This document shows, in pieces, positions 63,858 to 64,000 of a stretch of DNA of 64,000 nucleotides (the first letter of the stretch is position 1; each line of letters begins with the position of its first letter). This stretch comes from a virus. The DNA lies in IMG/VR virus record IMGVR_UViG_3300042514_000542, positions 60,370-124,369 of that record; one strand, written 5' to 3'. Both the position numbers and the translations under genes were made by a program. The notes below the pieces were generated by a model. That model saw only the letters and a program-made list of their open reading frames with translations, had not been told where the DNA came from and made no database searches.

Positions 63858-64000
63858 TACTATATAATTAGCATTATGACCTATTTCACCATTTAATCCT
63901 ACCCAATAATCAATAAACTTTTTAGCTTGTTCTCTTGCGGTTGGACCACTATAAGTTTCAACCGTATCATCAGAATCCCCGCTATGATTTCTATAAGTAA
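63858..64000 (-). CDS. hypothetical protein, 3' part only (runs off window end)
   Basis: Single open minus-strand frame from 64000 to the TAG at 63858-63860. Confidence 0.3.

Overview
This 64-kb window reads as part of a large, AT-rich (about one-third GC) virulent myovirus genome related to T4-like phages. The assignment rests on clear homologs of the T4 tail sheath gp18 (60382-62691) and tail tube gp19 (59792-60358), an rIIA-like GHKL ATPase, T4-type Rnl1/Rnl2/Pnk RNA-repair enzymes, a T4-type ATP-dependent DNA ligase and six homing-endonuclease genes. Nearly all genes are on the minus strand, tightly packed or overlapping.

Main observations:
- Intergenic motif: from about 1 to 51.5 kb almost every gene, including peptide-sized ones, is preceded by a copy of a near-invariant 22-bp cassette motif. 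On the coding strand it reads TTAATTAAAACCGAA(C/A)TA(T/C)AAT, followed by 6-9 nt and then ATG. It carries the upstream gene's stop codon, a TATAAT-like box and the next start. About 36 copies are present.
- Late region: from about 51.7 kb a tail/baseplate module follows. Its genes instead carry a T4-late-like TAAATA box 4-6 nt upstream of ATG/GTG starts.
- Fractured DNA ligase: the ligase gene is interrupted at motif I (KLDG|C). A split intein flanks a free-standing Vsr-like homing-endonuclease gene.
- NAD+ reconstitution pair: a NAMPT-like gene plus a PRPP-synthetase-like gene (NARP1-like), rather than NMNAT.
- ADP-ribose system: a eukaryote-like WGR-PARP gene and a macro-domain gene.
- tRNA/RNA-repair arsenal: Rnl1, an Rnl2 fused to a Myf/EMAP-type tRNA-binding domain, a third small ligase, a Pnk-like kinase, a 2H cyclic phosphodiesterase, a histidine phosphatase, a Thg1-like 3'-5' polymerase and a PTH2-like peptidyl-tRNA hydrolase.
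- Other enzymes: ThyX, a DNA methyltransferase, a RadA-like ATPase and a dTDP-glucose 4,6-dehydratase.
- Non-coding features: a 1.4-kb region carries tRNA-like T-arm motifs with a recurring TATTTGCTG box. Two ~330-nt structured non-coding segments lie next to LAGLIDADG endonuclease genes.

The absence of Shine-Dalgarno sequences and the L-x-x-C lipoboxes would fit, but do not prove, a Bacteroidetes-like Gram-negative host.
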